This document shows, in pieces, positions 1 through 14,039 of a DNA stretch of 64,000 nucleotides (within the stretch, counting starts at the first letter, position 1; the number at the start of each line of letters is the position of its first letter). The stretch lies in contig OZ316775.1 in the NCBI GenBank assembly GCA_973851085.1, forward strand, positions 22,258,001 through 22,322,000, read 5' to 3'. The DNA comes from Ptychomitrium polyphyllum. Lineage: Eukaryota. The notes beneath the pieces were generated by a model. It ran no database searches. It had not been told where the DNA came from and saw only the letters and a list, made by a program, of their open reading frames with translations. Both the position numbers and the translations under genes were made by a program.

Positions 1-1036
1 TCTCCCACCCCCCTGGATGAGTAACTGGCATGGGTTAGGCTTCTAGTTGCGGCTAACTAAGACACGGGTTGGTTGGATCACTGAATCCTGGACTCTCACT
101 ACACCTCAAAGTTCCATCCGTGTCGTAAAAATGTGAAAATATCTTTAGGATTAGAACAGTTTGTACACACCCTCTATTAAACCTCTATGTTCTGAGATAA
201 TGCCAACACTTAGATAACTCGCATCCACAATTTCTGTGGACTTTTAAGCCGCGCTCAACGTCGACCACGTCGTTACGGTAGCAAATGGAGCAGCAGTGTC
301 ACATAGACAACCGGTTGAAACAACGCAATATACGTTTTAGCGAAGAGAAGAGCAACTTCGAAGTGGCGGACAAGGCAGCGGATTAACCTCCCCAAAAACT
401 TACAGAGCCAGCGTGAGAGACAGCAAGAAAGTACGCAAGATGGATGTCGACCGCTAACTTGGCAGGGTACTCACGTTGCCTATACTGGTGCTGTCCAATG
501 GCGTGGCTACGAGATCTCATACTCCACATACTCGAGGATACAGCATACCGGTATGTATCACGAAGGATTGATAACTCAAAACCGCTTCCAAACTTTTCGG
601 ACTTCAAGGTCCAGGCTCTGACATATCTCTGTGAGTTCAGTAGTGTAGCCTATTTCAGGCTACTCCTTGCAAGTACTACAGCTCTCCTCTACTACATGCT
701 CGAAATCCTTAAACGCTCACGCCGAAAAGCAACTACTCTTGCACCTCTTGATGCCCAGATATTAACCACATCCGCCCTTGTCAGAATATTACGTCTCCTG
801 GATCACACTCCTGCCTTGAAGCGCAGGTCCTACTGATTTCCGGCTTCCAGATCAAAGACGTGATAATGATCGCGAGTCCTCCTGATCAGTCTGCAACCAA
901 CGGCAACCAACACAATTTATCTCAGCAAGATTCTTGCAACAACCAAGAGAGAGAAAAGAGCCAGTGCTTTAGGACTCGTTGCATACTGTACTACCAAACA
1001 GTATATTGTGTAGGCTTCCTTGTGAGCTTCCAGCTT

Positions 1037-1690
1037 TCAGACCAGCATGGACATCTCACCACTTTTCAGAATCCGGACTCTGGAGACAAGGTCCACTAGA
1101 GTTCGGTGGAAACGGGTAGCAGCTAAGCTACTGTAGACTGCAGCACAAGGCTAAAAACTTAGTGACCAAGGATAATAAAGTATTCGTCTCTTCGCTCGTT
1201 CTCATCACCAAAACGTACAAATACCGTTCGTGACTAAACGGGCGAAGTGAGGGAGCTAAGTAGATGATTCTAGCTAGATCAATAGTTTTGGCTTTGTGGG
1301 TCCTTGGGGAGGAAAACTAGAAAAGTATGTAGCATACTTCTGGGTGACATCAGGGGTGGAGCTACAGTAGCGAGAATTGAATCTACCCTTGCAGTCAACA
1401 AAAGGGCTCTCCACTCAGTTGAGCAGCTTTTGCAAGCTGAGGACTCGCATGTGGGGACGGAAATATCGAAAAGCGGTCTCTCACGATTTGGATTGGGAGA
1501 ACTTCGAGGCTGCATTACAGAGCTCACAATAGTATCAATTACTCTTGAGATCAGCTTACGACCCCTCATCAAGACAGTCTACCTCTGCATGTTCCACACC
1601 ACGGTGGTCTTTGTCTGCGTTGGCCAGCGTTGTCTTTTCGGTGGACCGGCCGGTGACCGACACAACCAAGCTGGCTTCGTATTCTGACAT
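1037..1690 (-). CDS. Possible small 3-exon protein of unknown function (~126 aa); exons 1690-1583, 1509-1338, 1137-1037
   Basis: ATG at 1690. Canonical GT..tgcAG introns (1582-1510, 1337-1138) keep one frame: MSEYEAS...HAE|PRSSPN...CESSACKSC...MSPR|IYSSLAATRFHRTLVDLVSRVRILKSGEMSMLV*. CpG is retained, unlike the neighbouring repeats. No recognisable homology. Confidence 0.3.
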
Positions 1691-2519
1691 GTAGAGTCAT
1701 GTCATTTTTCTCTACTTTACAGAGCTTTGAAGAACACGACCATACTAAAGCATACAAGTAGACCTTTGAAAGTTAACCTACAGATACAGAGACTCCAGGA
1801 AGTTAGGAGCTTTTTGTATAATGCCCGTATAATGCAGAATAAAGACAGCGATTGCTCTACGGTGTTAACTGAGTGATGGACATTTGTTTCTGGAAGTCAC
1901 ATTTATGGAGAGTCTTGTTGCTCTAACCTCACTCTTCCCTGTGAAGTACGTGCATTCGAAAGATGTCACAAAATACTTGTAACCTATCAACAGCATCAGA
2001 TACAGAATCTATTTCCAGGGATCAAACATATTCTCGACTCTCAATTATACTAATCATATGAATCCAGTACACAGAAGGTCGAGAGATGAAATCATGTTAA
2101 GAACCGATTCACCAGCGGCTGAAACCGAAGAATAAACAATAAGGCCAAAACAAATAAAAAACCGAAATCCAAACCAGTCTGATTTGCACCTGGATTCCAA
2201 CCTGCATGCGATCAGAAACGACGCTACGATGCAACTCAATCGGCACGTCGACCATAGGAAGAAAACGAACTCACTCCATAAAAAACAACCGAGTGCGTGG
2301 ACCCCACCCATATCTCCACTCCTACCTTCCTCCACTTAAACTCGCACACATAACCAGACTTAACCATCACATCCCAGCCTCACTATCCCTTCGCATGACC
2401 AGCACATACATACCAATGTGCACGACTCACAACCATTGTCCTCTCTCCAGCTTCCAGCCGAGTACTACTCTTCTCTTGACAACCAAGCTTCCAAACATGA
2501 GTCCCTGAGAAGAAACCAA

Positions 2520-3200
2520 GCCTGGGTGAAGCTTGCTAGGTAGCCTAAGACACAGTGTGACTAGTGAGGCAAGCTAGAGGATGCAGCATGCAGGCTTGAG
2601 CACACGCAGTTAGAGCAGCTGGTACCCGAAGAGGCTCGCATTCGCAGCCATGATGATGGAGTCCCATCAGCAGGGGCTTGCAGCAGGGTGTCTATATAGT
2701 AGCAGCGAATGATCAGGTCGCCTCTGGGCCCTCCCTGCTGCCCCCCTCAAGGCGCAGGCCCTGACCCCAGGTAGTTAGACTGGCCCGGTCCCTTCATAAC
2801 CGTCCCCCCACCCCCCATTTAATCCCCCCCCCCCCCCCCCCCCCTTTGCCATCTTGCACGCACCTTGCTCTTCCTGCCTTGCGCCTGCTTGCGCCTGCTT
2901 GCGCCCCATGCCATGGATCTGCTCAAGTACACGCACTGAGAGATAACGTACATGTGTGCCGTGAGGGGCTCAAGTAGTGTAATACTGTTGGAGTCTCCGG
3001 TCTGAGGTCAGCGCCGAGCAAAGGCTGGGTTGGGGATGGGGGAGCCTGCACCAAGGGTGTGGGGTAGGGGGCCTGTGCCACAGTGCCATGTGGCAGGGCC
3101 CCACATGCGGAGTGCGCCTTGTCCTGCCTCGCACTAGTGCCAGGCTCGGGCGCAACCTTCCGGTTTTCCTTGTAACCTAAGGGAAGCCTCCTCATAAGCA
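2520..3200. promoter_or_regulatory. GC-rich island upstream of the putative minus-strand transcript
   Basis: Sharp GC/CpG-rich block. Contains TATA-like ctatatag (2692-2699), a C21 run (2824-2844), clustered G-tracts (3027-3071) and a hairpin (3068-3102). Confidence 0.3.
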
Positions 3201-3796
3201 ACACTCTCCACCAAAGCCACGAATCCTACACTAACTTTACACTTCCTACTCTAATTTTACTCTTACTTTAACAATTCTATGCATTTTGAAATTGTGGGTT
3301 TGAGGTCTTGCATAGTTTCTTTGTTTTTAGAATTTTTGGTTCTTTTTTAAGAATTTTGTTTATGTTTTTGAAGAAAATCTCTTTCATATACTTAAATTCA
3401 TGATATTTTGGAGAAGCTTTGAATTGTCAAAGTTTTGATTATGGTGTTCTTTTAAACTATGAATACATTTAATTGTTTAGACTTTATGATGTGCAAATTA
3501 TTGCAAGTTCATTCAAATTACTTAAGATGATGCTTTCATGCTACTTACTAATTTTATATAATCAAAAAAAGATATACATAAATAAATAAGCAAACATTTT
3601 ATACTAAAGGACAATGCTAGCCACTATTTTGCTTTAGCATTAGTCACTTTCAACAAGTAGTTATAATGTGGAGTATGATATTTTTTCCAGAAAATTCAAA
3701 ATTAACAAACAATCAGTTTTGTAGTCCAAATTGAAGTGATCATGAAGTTTTTGTTTTTTTTAAGTTTTTTGCTAAAAGAAACTTTATAGTCCTATC

Positions 3797-3933
3797 ATCT
3801 CTGTCTATTCCATCATCTCTGTTTGTACCATCATCTTTGTTTGTTCCATCATCTGTATCTGTCTATCCTTCTATATGTCCATCTGTCCGTCCTTGTGTCT
3901 GTCTATCTGTCCTTGTGTTTGTCTCTCCGTCCG
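3797..3933. repeat. Degenerate (TCTG/TCCA)n low-complexity repeat
   Basis: Repeated ccatcatct, ctgtct and gtcc motifs. Confidence 0.6.
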
Positions 3934-6900
3934 CACATATCAGTTGAGACTTCACTTAAGACTTCACTTAAAAATTTACTCTTGAGACATAAACTCCTTG
4001 CCATCACATCTTTAATACAATGGCTATCTTATTTGTTTTAAATTATCAAGTTAAAAACTTAATCTTTAATAATTGGCTTATAAATGTTTTAACTTTGAAT
4101 CCATTATATACCAAATTTATAAAATTTATAAATAACCAATTCTCATGAATTTAATAACCAATCATAATAATGTACATAACCTTAAAAGTGAGAAAAGTTT
4201 AAAATTATGAATTTGCAATGTTGCATCTTCTTCCTACTTTTTTATTATTTAAATCTTTTGAAATCCTATTGAAATTTTGGAAGAGCTTCCAAAAATTTTA
4301 ATTCATATTATTTTGATAGTACAAAATATATTATTTGTAACACATAACATATATAAATAAAACATATATAACAACTCATATATTAGAGTTTGAAGAAAGT
4401 GTAATATGGCCATGGGTGGAATGATGTAGTAGAGTGACATTGATAATTTCATATTTTTTGGGTTTTGAGTGGAAAAACTACAAAATAAAAAGGTATGTAA
4501 TGGTAAGAGTATGGCTTATGAGGCTTATGTGCATAGTGCTATGCATTGCAAAGGTAAGGGCATGTATGGTCCAAGATTTAACTAACTAATTAAATTTTAT
4601 ATTATACACCAATGCATACTATATAAAGGTTACATTGGTGTACCTTGGATTTGGTCCAAGTCTTATTAAACTAGTGTAAAGGTGGCGTTTTAACTATTGT
4701 AGTAAATCATTATTGGTATAGAATGATTTATGAATTTCTATTGGAAGGAATCATGCTCCCTCCTTCATAGACAATGTAGTCACTTACCTTGCTTTAATGA
4801 CCACATATGATCTCCTTATATTATGGTTCAATAAGTTCTAAATCCATTTAGAATTGACTCATGGTAGAGATCCTTACATAGAGAACTGTCCTTGTGCTGG
4901 TTCTAGTATGTCATGTCAACATCCCCTGTTGGTTTTCTCTGAATCCCAACTTGGGTTCTTGGGGGGAAGGATACATCATCTGGCATGGCAGGAGGTATAT
5001 GGGAGTTTCCACACAGTGACATGTTGAACCCACACACAGTGGAGGTAGTATAGAACTTCTAAGATATCTAGAATTCTGACACTAAATAACAATTGTGAGT
5101 GTTTTCAAGTAACAAATTATTTCTTCCATGCAGAAGTTGCAAAGATTAATTTATTACTGTGAAGGAGGGTGTATAAGAAAGGCTTAGTCATTGGGAAATA
5201 GATTAGCAGCAGGATTGTTTGTTTGCTTGTGACTTATATCTATAGCATTCATCCATTGAGTGTGCTGTAGTACCTTCTTGAGTTTCTTGCACGGCCTTAC
5301 TTGTGACAGGTGACTGTGAAGGCTGATGAATGCCTCCAAAAAGCTCTAAAATGTGTCTGGATTGGCTCAGAGTATGTCACTGGAGGAGCTCTGTCATAAG
5401 TTGTATGCTCTCAATTTTTTGTAAATCTATGAATCATCTGGCCAAGCCTGCTTCTGCAATTGTAAAGCTGGCCATTTGAACAAAGCCACATTGGCCAGTT
5501 CTATCTGGCCAACCCAGTTCCAATGATCAACAATAGAGAAAAAGAACTATGTGTAATAGTGGCAATGCTCAATTTCAAAATCTTGCAATGATCAATTTGC
5601 AAGATGACTTGAGTGTGAGTATGGATCATAGTGGCCTCTCATCATGCTCAATGCTATCATTTGTAGTTGAAAGGCTGTGTGTGATCATGTCAGATAGTCA
5701 TGCATTGCAATGGCCTCATTTGTTGCCCATGTAAATGTCAATTAAAGATGATGCATCATTCATGAGCATGGAGTTTGTTGATCCCTTGTGTTGATCATTT
5801 TAACTTGGAAACCTGATCAATATGTCCTTGATGAGGTAATTGTTTTCTATGTGAGTCTAATGTTTAAAAAAAACAAGAGGGCAATCTTTCAATAGGATCA
5901 TCTGATATTTGATGTTGAGGTTGGTGTATCACCAACTTGCAAGTATGCTGGAAGATTTGCACATTGCAAGAGGGAACTTGCAGCATTTGACTTCCCAATG
6001 TGGTTAGGCAGAAGTCCCATCATGGCAAGTTGACTTACTTACACTGATCACACAGGCGAAGGAGCAGACCCTTTGTAATAATTAGCTATAGGAACCTGGA
6101 GGCTCTGCCACCATCAGCAGGCCCCCGGTCAATCTCTTTCTTGAGAAGAGAAGCAGCCCTTAAACCATACAAAAATTCCTTGGGCAGATTCATCCACTTG
6201 TTGCAAATAGATCATAGGATTCAGGGAAGAAGAGGGGGAGAAAATAAGAAATAAGTTCAGATGTGTAAGTGTCCCTCAAACTAATTAGTAAGTGGCCTTT
6301 GAATTGGTTGCAAAGTAGTCAATGCTATGGATATGGTATTCTTTTCATTGACTAATTTGACCTTGTTGATTTTTTGACCAACTTGTTACAAAGTGGGACA
6401 TGTTGGATCAAAGATTGCTCACTTAGATGTGCCAGAGTTAATTACAAACTTCTCTCTTCTTGTGGCTATATGTGTGCAGGCCACCAACTTTCTATTTCAT
6501 ATTTAGGTTGTTTATTTTATTACTTGATTATCAGATTTTATTTTTGTTTTTTTAAGTGGATGTCATATAAGACTATGTTTGGATATTTATAAACATAAAA
6601 AAACATTTTTTTCTTCTTAAAATAATTAAAAGAATGAAATAATTAAAAGAATAAAGCAATGAATGGCAACGGGGCTATGATTTCATTGTTATGTATTATT
6701 CAAGGACATGCTTAAACAATTAATAACGTTCAACTATCTAATCTTTAAAATAGAATGTAATCATTATCTATGAAAAATTTTACATAATGAATCACTCTTT
6801 AAATCAATTCAACACTTAACTATTTTTGGAATATTAAATCTAAATATACGTAAAGATGCCCAAAAAAAAAGTTCTAATAACTTGTCTTCAACCTCAACAA

Positions 6901-9900
6901 AATGCTATAATCAATGAATAAATACATGCTATGGCAAAAACTTATACTACTTTCTCAACATGTATTTGATGCATTATCTTGAAGAAAAATGCACTTCCAT
7001 TATTAAATGAACTTTTAGTTTTTTTAGTCAAATTTAAATATTTAAAATTTTTGCATCTTCATATTGTATCCTTTGGATGTATTTTGAACATTATTGTCAT
7101 TATTACATTATTCAAATTTTTAACTTTTCATGTTTGTTTACACATATCCTAATTATTATTTAGATAAGCAATGAAAAAGTCTATTTTTTAAAATAATCCA
7201 AATTTGAATCCAGATCATTATTTGCATTATAATCTTTACTTTTTAATTTTACTTCTAAAGATATTGATATGATCCTAATATTTTTATTTTTAGAAATTTA
7301 AAAAACTCTAAAAGATAGACTAATTATTTAACTAATTAAGGATTTTTTTTTAAAATGAGAAGATATTAACAAGCCAATAATACCTACAAATTCTTTTATA
7401 AATTAAATTTTTAGATCCTAATTTCATCAACTTTGAATCAATATTAGCTCAATAGTCAACATTTGGATTCCATTATAACCTAAAAGTCTACACATGAATT
7501 TTAGGATTAATTTTTTTTATTAACTTTCCTTCAATGATGTATTTGTGGTCTCAATAAATTTTATCCATTTATCATTCTTTATTTATGAATTCATTATGAT
7601 GTTATTGCAAATAAAACATGCTTTAAAAACCAATACCATATTAAATTCTCAAGCATGTAGTGTTCGTTCAAACAATCATAAACATGTGTAAACACTATAT
7701 TTAATAAATTGAGACATTTTAGAGTATTAATTAATGACATTTTAGACCTCTCAAGACTAAAGATGAAAACCTAAAAATGCGCATTCTGTCTTAATATAAC
7801 AAATATGAACATTATAATTATTTGAAATTTTTTGTTAAATTTTTTGATAATTCCAACTTTTCACTTTGTGAGTATATGCCTTGTCAAGATAATTTCTTTG
7901 TGTTTGATAATCATAATAAGATAATTTTATTTTGGTTTTTTTTTAAATGCAACTTCCATATTAAATGTAAAGTATTCACAAATAATCCTAATTAACAAGA
8001 AAGACATCAAAATAAATTTGATCTAACTATAATAATCTAAATATCATATAATTTAGATGAACAATTGTGGTATATTCATTATATATTCTTAAAATATCTT
8101 TAATATTTAATAAAAAAATTATATACTTTTGTTTATATGGTTTTAAAAAAATAGCTATTAAACTTCATAAACTTCACCTTCAATATTAAATTATAATTCT
8201 TAAATTTCCTTAGAATCATTAAATACATTGTCATATTTTTGGAATTTGTTACAAATTTGGATTTCAATTAGAATTCTTGTCCACTAAAATTTGCATGCAT
8301 CATAATCCATGTTTTTATTGTTGCATTTGAGTTATAAAATAAAAATCTTCTTCAATGATAAAAATTTTCATTTTTTGGATAAGATTCCATCAAATCTAAA
8401 TATAAGAAAATTTCAAGATATAATATATAATGTAGGGATGTATAAAACAATTATAGATTATAATATAGGCTTTCACAATGGAAATAAAAAATGAAAATAG
8501 ATGCATGAAAATAGAATGAAATCAAAAAATCAATGTTTTAAAAATTGCATTATGAATTAATCAAATTTTATTTTGTATTTAGTACATGATTAAACTTTAT
8601 GAATGAAATCATAATATACTATTATAAAGTGCTTTGGAAGAATGTAATAAGAACAAAAGATAAATAAATAAAAAATACAAATAAATAAGTTGAAAATTAA
8701 CTTTAAAAAATACATTCATTTTTTAAAATTAAGAACCATAAATTAAATTTGAATAACAAAAAAAAACAAACATAAAAAATAAAAAACAAAAATCACAAAA
8801 AACACTATTTATATCCAAAGATATAAATCATGGACACAAAAGCGTCATCTTCCAAATGAAGGATGACACTATATCATTCAATAACCAAAGAAATAAAAAA
8901 GAAATCTAAAGATAGTTTAAATAAAGAATTTTATTTATTTAAAACTCTACTTGTAGAAAGTTTTGCCAAATCATGATTTTTATTGTTAAATGGTTGAAAT
9001 TATCTCATATTTGAGTCACATTTGGATTTTATTGAACTTGTTTAAGTGGTATATTGTTATATAATGGTTTGAAACAATTAGCAAGAAATCTAAGGATAAT
9101 AGTGAATTATATTCCAACCAAAAGGCAAATTCATATTCTTGAATTAGACATGGTCCAATGTAATGAAGTGGTATTGTTTACTATTATTAAATACTAGTTT
9201 CATTCACTATCAAAATTTTATGATAGTTTTGTAAAATCTTATGAAATCTTAAAGTTCTAATAATATTTAATGGTTTCAAAACAAGTTTTTATATAATAAC
9301 ACATATTTGACATAATAAGTAGTAGTGACATTGATTTGATTTAGTGTTTACAATACGCAATCTTATAAATTGAATGGTGAGCTAGGAATTTGAGTATTTG
9401 AAAAATATACATATATTCTTGTATAAATAAATGATGTGGATGCATATAGAGAATTGATTGTACTTAATCTAAAATGTCTAAAATGTCTAAAACCAAGACT
9501 TTGTAAAATCTAGTATCTAAAGATTTGAAACAAAAATTGATGAGACTGAAGTTCTTTTTTTTCCAAGTTTTTAGCAGATAAAAACTTATTGTTCAAAATA
9601 TCATCTACAACCTTTGGTTAATCTTATGTCTTAAAATTTTGGAATGCACATACACATTGCAACAATGCACTTGATATTTAAGCCTAAAAAGAAGTGTATC
9701 TTTTTTTTAGCCAATTCTTGTGCTAATCATGTTCCTTAAACTGATTGTAAACTATGTAAGTCTTGAAGCCTTGAAGATAAAAAAGTGGATTACGCAAAAT
9801 GAATTTTTAAAAGATTAATAGTTCTACAAAATGCATAATAATAAGAAAGTTGGGTGCCCATAAAGATGTTTCACCCCAATAAAGCTGAACCATTCAAAAG

Positions 9901-12342
9901 TGATTATAGTTGAATCTAGCCCCTCATACTGGAGTGAAGTTTACTATTCGTTTAAAACAAAAATATATTGTTCAAAGGCCAGATTAATTAGACTCTGGGG
10001 CACTTTTGAATACATATTTTAAACAGCCCTTGTGGTCTCAAAAACACCATATACCAAAACATAATACAGATTGTAGGGTCCTCATAGCAAGAAGGATTTG
10101 TTTCAAAGTGTTTGGATGTCTTGTGGAAAACAGAGTTGCAGGTGCAGTGAAAGTATACTCTTTGCTATTACTGTAATGCCCAGTAATTGCACGGAAATGT
10201 GCAGTTCTAGATACCAAAGTGTGCCACTCTTGCTGCTGGATGGAAAACGGGGGACAGTTTCTTCTAATGACTCAGACTACTAACTCATACTCACAGATAC
10301 TGGGGGTTGGGGGACACGATTGAGCTGAGACGAATCTGGCAAAAAAATTGCCTCTGATGGACAGAAGCCTGGCAACCAACCCCATTCCCATCATTTGGCG
10401 CTCCTCATTCCATTTGTCTCCTGCTTCCAAACTAGAGATTTGCAAATCTGCAAATACAATTAGCATGACTCTCAACACAAGTTGGTTAGTTAGGGTTATT
10501 CATTCTTCAAGTTCGCAATATTGCTTTTATATCTTTATCATCAGAAGTTTGCAGCTGCCATTGTGTGCATTGTCTTATTAGTAGATTGAACACACGACTA
10601 TGTGGATGGGAGATTATTGTGAACCACAACAGATTCATGTGTGGCTTAAGAAACCCCAGCTTATCCTCAACACTAGTGATCATGGGAGTTTGGTACATTG
10701 TCTACCTTTGCAAAGCAGTGTTCTTGCACTGCTAGTTATTGTTCGATAGGCATTGATTCATTTATTGGTGGTAATGGAAGAAGAAGCCCTCTATTCATAT
10801 AGGCCCCACTAAAAGAAATTGCAATTCTCCTTCTTTTTGGAAATTTTAAGAGATTGAAGAATTAAAAATTAAAATGAAATATGAACAATGTATTTATTGC
10901 TTTTATTTGTATTCTCTGGACTTGTGTCATAAGCAAAAACAGAGGGTCTTTTCTAAATCTAAACTTTTCAATGAGATTCAAAACCACCAAATTCCTGAAA
11001 AGAAGTTTCCATTGGAGATTTATAACTTGGAATTTTGAATACTAGTGTCAGTAGCCTTATAATACTCATGCCTAGTATTTGAAGCCATTATTTCATTGAT
11101 ATAAAAGCATTCATGATGAATTTGACACTCTAGATTTTAATGAAAAGTCCATAATAAAAAAAAATAGAAGCTTGTGACTATAAGGCATTGATGGTAATGG
11201 ATTGGTCTACCTTTAATCTAGAATTATGAAACTCGCACATGACTGAATGGATTGTAACATGTTGAATTTGATCTTTCTTTCAAGGAAATGAGAAAGATAT
11301 CTTGACGTGAACCAAAAAATAATTTTGCAAACCAAATTAAATATTTTCATGATTTATTTTTTGAATCGAATAGCAATTTCTATTTTCCATGAATTTTCAA
11401 AGTTGCACACGTGTAAAACACCATGATTCTTGATATAAAAAATTTAATAATCTTAATATGCTATGAATTTGAAATGTTTATAATATAAAGGGAGCCATGA
11501 ATTTTTTGAAATTTTCCTGAAATTTTCTTGTCATTTTAGGTACTTATTATGTATTTGTTGGGTGTTTCTAAGATATTTGCGCTTCAAGCTTCTGAATATT
11601 TTACAGGGAGCATTTTTTTCTTCAGATTTCTCATTAAAAAATTTCATTGAAAGATTAGTATTTCTGTAGTCTCTTATAGCTTAGTGAGGCTATCAAATAC
11701 TGGTGGTGGGGATTTTCATCATTAGATATAAATCCAAGGATACATGGAAGGAAGACCTTGCTAGTATGTATAATAGTCTGTAGCATGCAAAGGTAGTATT
11801 GGAAGATGGAAGGGGGCAAGCCAACAATTGCATTGTCTTATTGCAAGAATGTTTCCTACCTCCTGGACACAGTGCTAAATGCCGACTCCATGGGGGTCAT
11901 CTACTCATTGTTCTTCTTCTTGCAAATGCTGTTATAGCTCAGCCCTGGTTTAGAAGCTGTCAAGCTTGAACTTGAAATGATTTGATTACAGAATTTATGT
12001 GGAATGGGGTACTGGAAGGAGCTGGTAAGGAAACATAGAAGCCTGGTTGATCACTAAAGTCCTTTTGTTTTTTCAAGTCCTTTAGCCTGTACAAGAAGGC
12101 TACCTAAGGCCAGTTGTAGCCATCTGCCCACATTGCTCTGCCTGCATAGTTGGCACCCCTTGCCACAAAGGTTGCTCTCTGTGCTGCCTTTGACAATTAC
12201 AGCCTTCATGTCATCACAGAAGTATATAACTTATTGATGTCCTTGTACCCATCTGCACCACCTAGGCAGATCCCAAAGACCATACTCATCTCATTGGTCC
12301 TCTGAGGATCTTTCTACAGCACCAACTCCTGAACATTGCTGA

Positions 12343-12391
12343 AGGTAACTCTTTACATGGCAGGTAACCCCTTACATGGCAGGTAACCCCT
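12343..12391. repeat. 19-bp tandem repeat, ~2.6 copies
   Basis: aggtaactctttacatggc / aggtaaccccttacatggc / aggtaacccct. Confidence 0.8.
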
Positions 12392-13559
12392 AACATTCTC
12401 TTACATCCCTGGTAACCCAATATTCTCTTAGTCAGATTTGCTGTAGAACACAAGGCCATGTACTCTCACTGCAGACACTGTTTAATATATTCAACATTTG
12501 GAGAAGAAATGGAGTTTTGTCCTATTAGTGTTAATCATGGTCAAGGGTCTTCTTGCTAAGGAATGTTATGAAATATGTGGTTTTCAAATGCTAAATTTTC
12601 TAAATAACTGTTAGCATGTAATGAACTTACTCCTAATCCTTCAAAATCAAAAGATTTGTGTTTTATAAAAACATATTATAAAAGGTCTAATAATTTGCTT
12701 ATATAAAGTTGCAATAGTAATGAAATCGTAGATGTTGACATGTATATAGTATTCAAATGATTGGATCTATTATAACTGTTACTGATATAAGTTAAAATTG
12801 TTGATTGTTTAATTTGAAATTATAAGATTGATATCTTATAAATTATAGCTAGTTGATGCAGGAACTTAAAGAACCTTAAAAATATGAAAAATGTGATTGA
12901 ATGTAAATGAAAGAAATATTTTAATATATTGATGATTTAGAATCTAAATACTTCAATTTTAATAGGCTTTTGTTCAAAAAAAATCTAGTTCTAATGCTAA
13001 AGCAAATTTTTTCTACAATCTACTTTGTTCTCTTAAGTTTTAGTTATTAACCTTTTATCAAGCTTGATTCAACAAGTTTTAAAATTCATTGTTGAATTAA
13101 TTCCTAAATAAAGAGCACCTAATGCTAGTTTTCACATGTGATGTCATTCTTAACAAATGTTAGTTGGATCTACATTCTTGCATTTAAAAAAAAATTCATC
13201 CAATCAAACAATTTTAACTACATATGTAAGCCATTATACAAATTATGGTTGATCATCTCCATTTATGTATAATTTTTTATACAAATGACCTTACAACACT
13301 TCTATAATATAACTTGATATTCTAATGTAGACAATTTTTAGCAAAGTTTAACTTTTGAGAAAGAAATACAATATTGTTCTAATATCATTGACCATGGTGT
13401 AGCATCATCTTGCTAAACAATGTTTTATACCATAATTGGATTTGATTTTGTGTTATTTGACATACTTTATTATTATTCCAATATACATTGAAAGTATTTG
13501 GTTTTGTTAATTAAATTTAGAATAATCCAAAAAGACGTACAAATATCATATATACAAAA

Positions 13560-13561
<2 letters not shown>

Positions 13562-13604
<43 letters not shown>
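13562..13604. repeat. (AT)n microsatellite
   Basis: Uninterrupted AT dinucleotide run. Confidence 0.95.
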
Positions 13605-13609
<5 letters not shown>

Positions 13610-13760
13610 ATATAATATACTGTACTATATTATTTTTGTGTTTGTATATGTGGATGGGTGTGTGTTTGTGTGTGATATAAATCCTTCTATTTTATTGTGC
13701 AAAGCTTTCATTGCACATAGTCATATCAAATCAATTTTAAGTGTATATACTAAAAATCTT

Positions 13761-14039
13761 CAGAGCTTTTCAGCATAATTGTATCGTGGCATTATGTCAC
13801 TGAATTGGCTACCGAGCCTTTTATTTTTGGAATATTTGGCTTCATATGCCGTGTTTTCCATTTTTGTATGGCCAAAAATGTTGTAAATGGCTTTTTAGGT
13901 GTTCACTGATTCCAGATGAAAATGTGTACACACGGATGGAAAATTGCACATGTGAATGAAAACGAGACATAAACAATTTTTAAGAATTTATGTCATCACT
14001 GTAGGAAAAAAAAGCACTTGAATTTTCTACAAATCTCTG
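13761..14039. mobile_element. Possible short hAT-like non-autonomous element
   Basis: Imperfect terminal inverted repeats cagagcttttcag / ctacaaatctctg (10/13). The 8-bp flanks match only 5/8. Confidence 0.2.

Noticed and set aside
444..836. 130-aa plus-strand ORF
   Set aside because: No homology recognised; the local splice signals point to minus-strand transcription.
10718..10736. Helitron 3' end (hairpin plus CTAG)
   Set aside because: The hairpin overlaps CTAG rather than lying ~11 nt upstream, and no matching 5' end was found.
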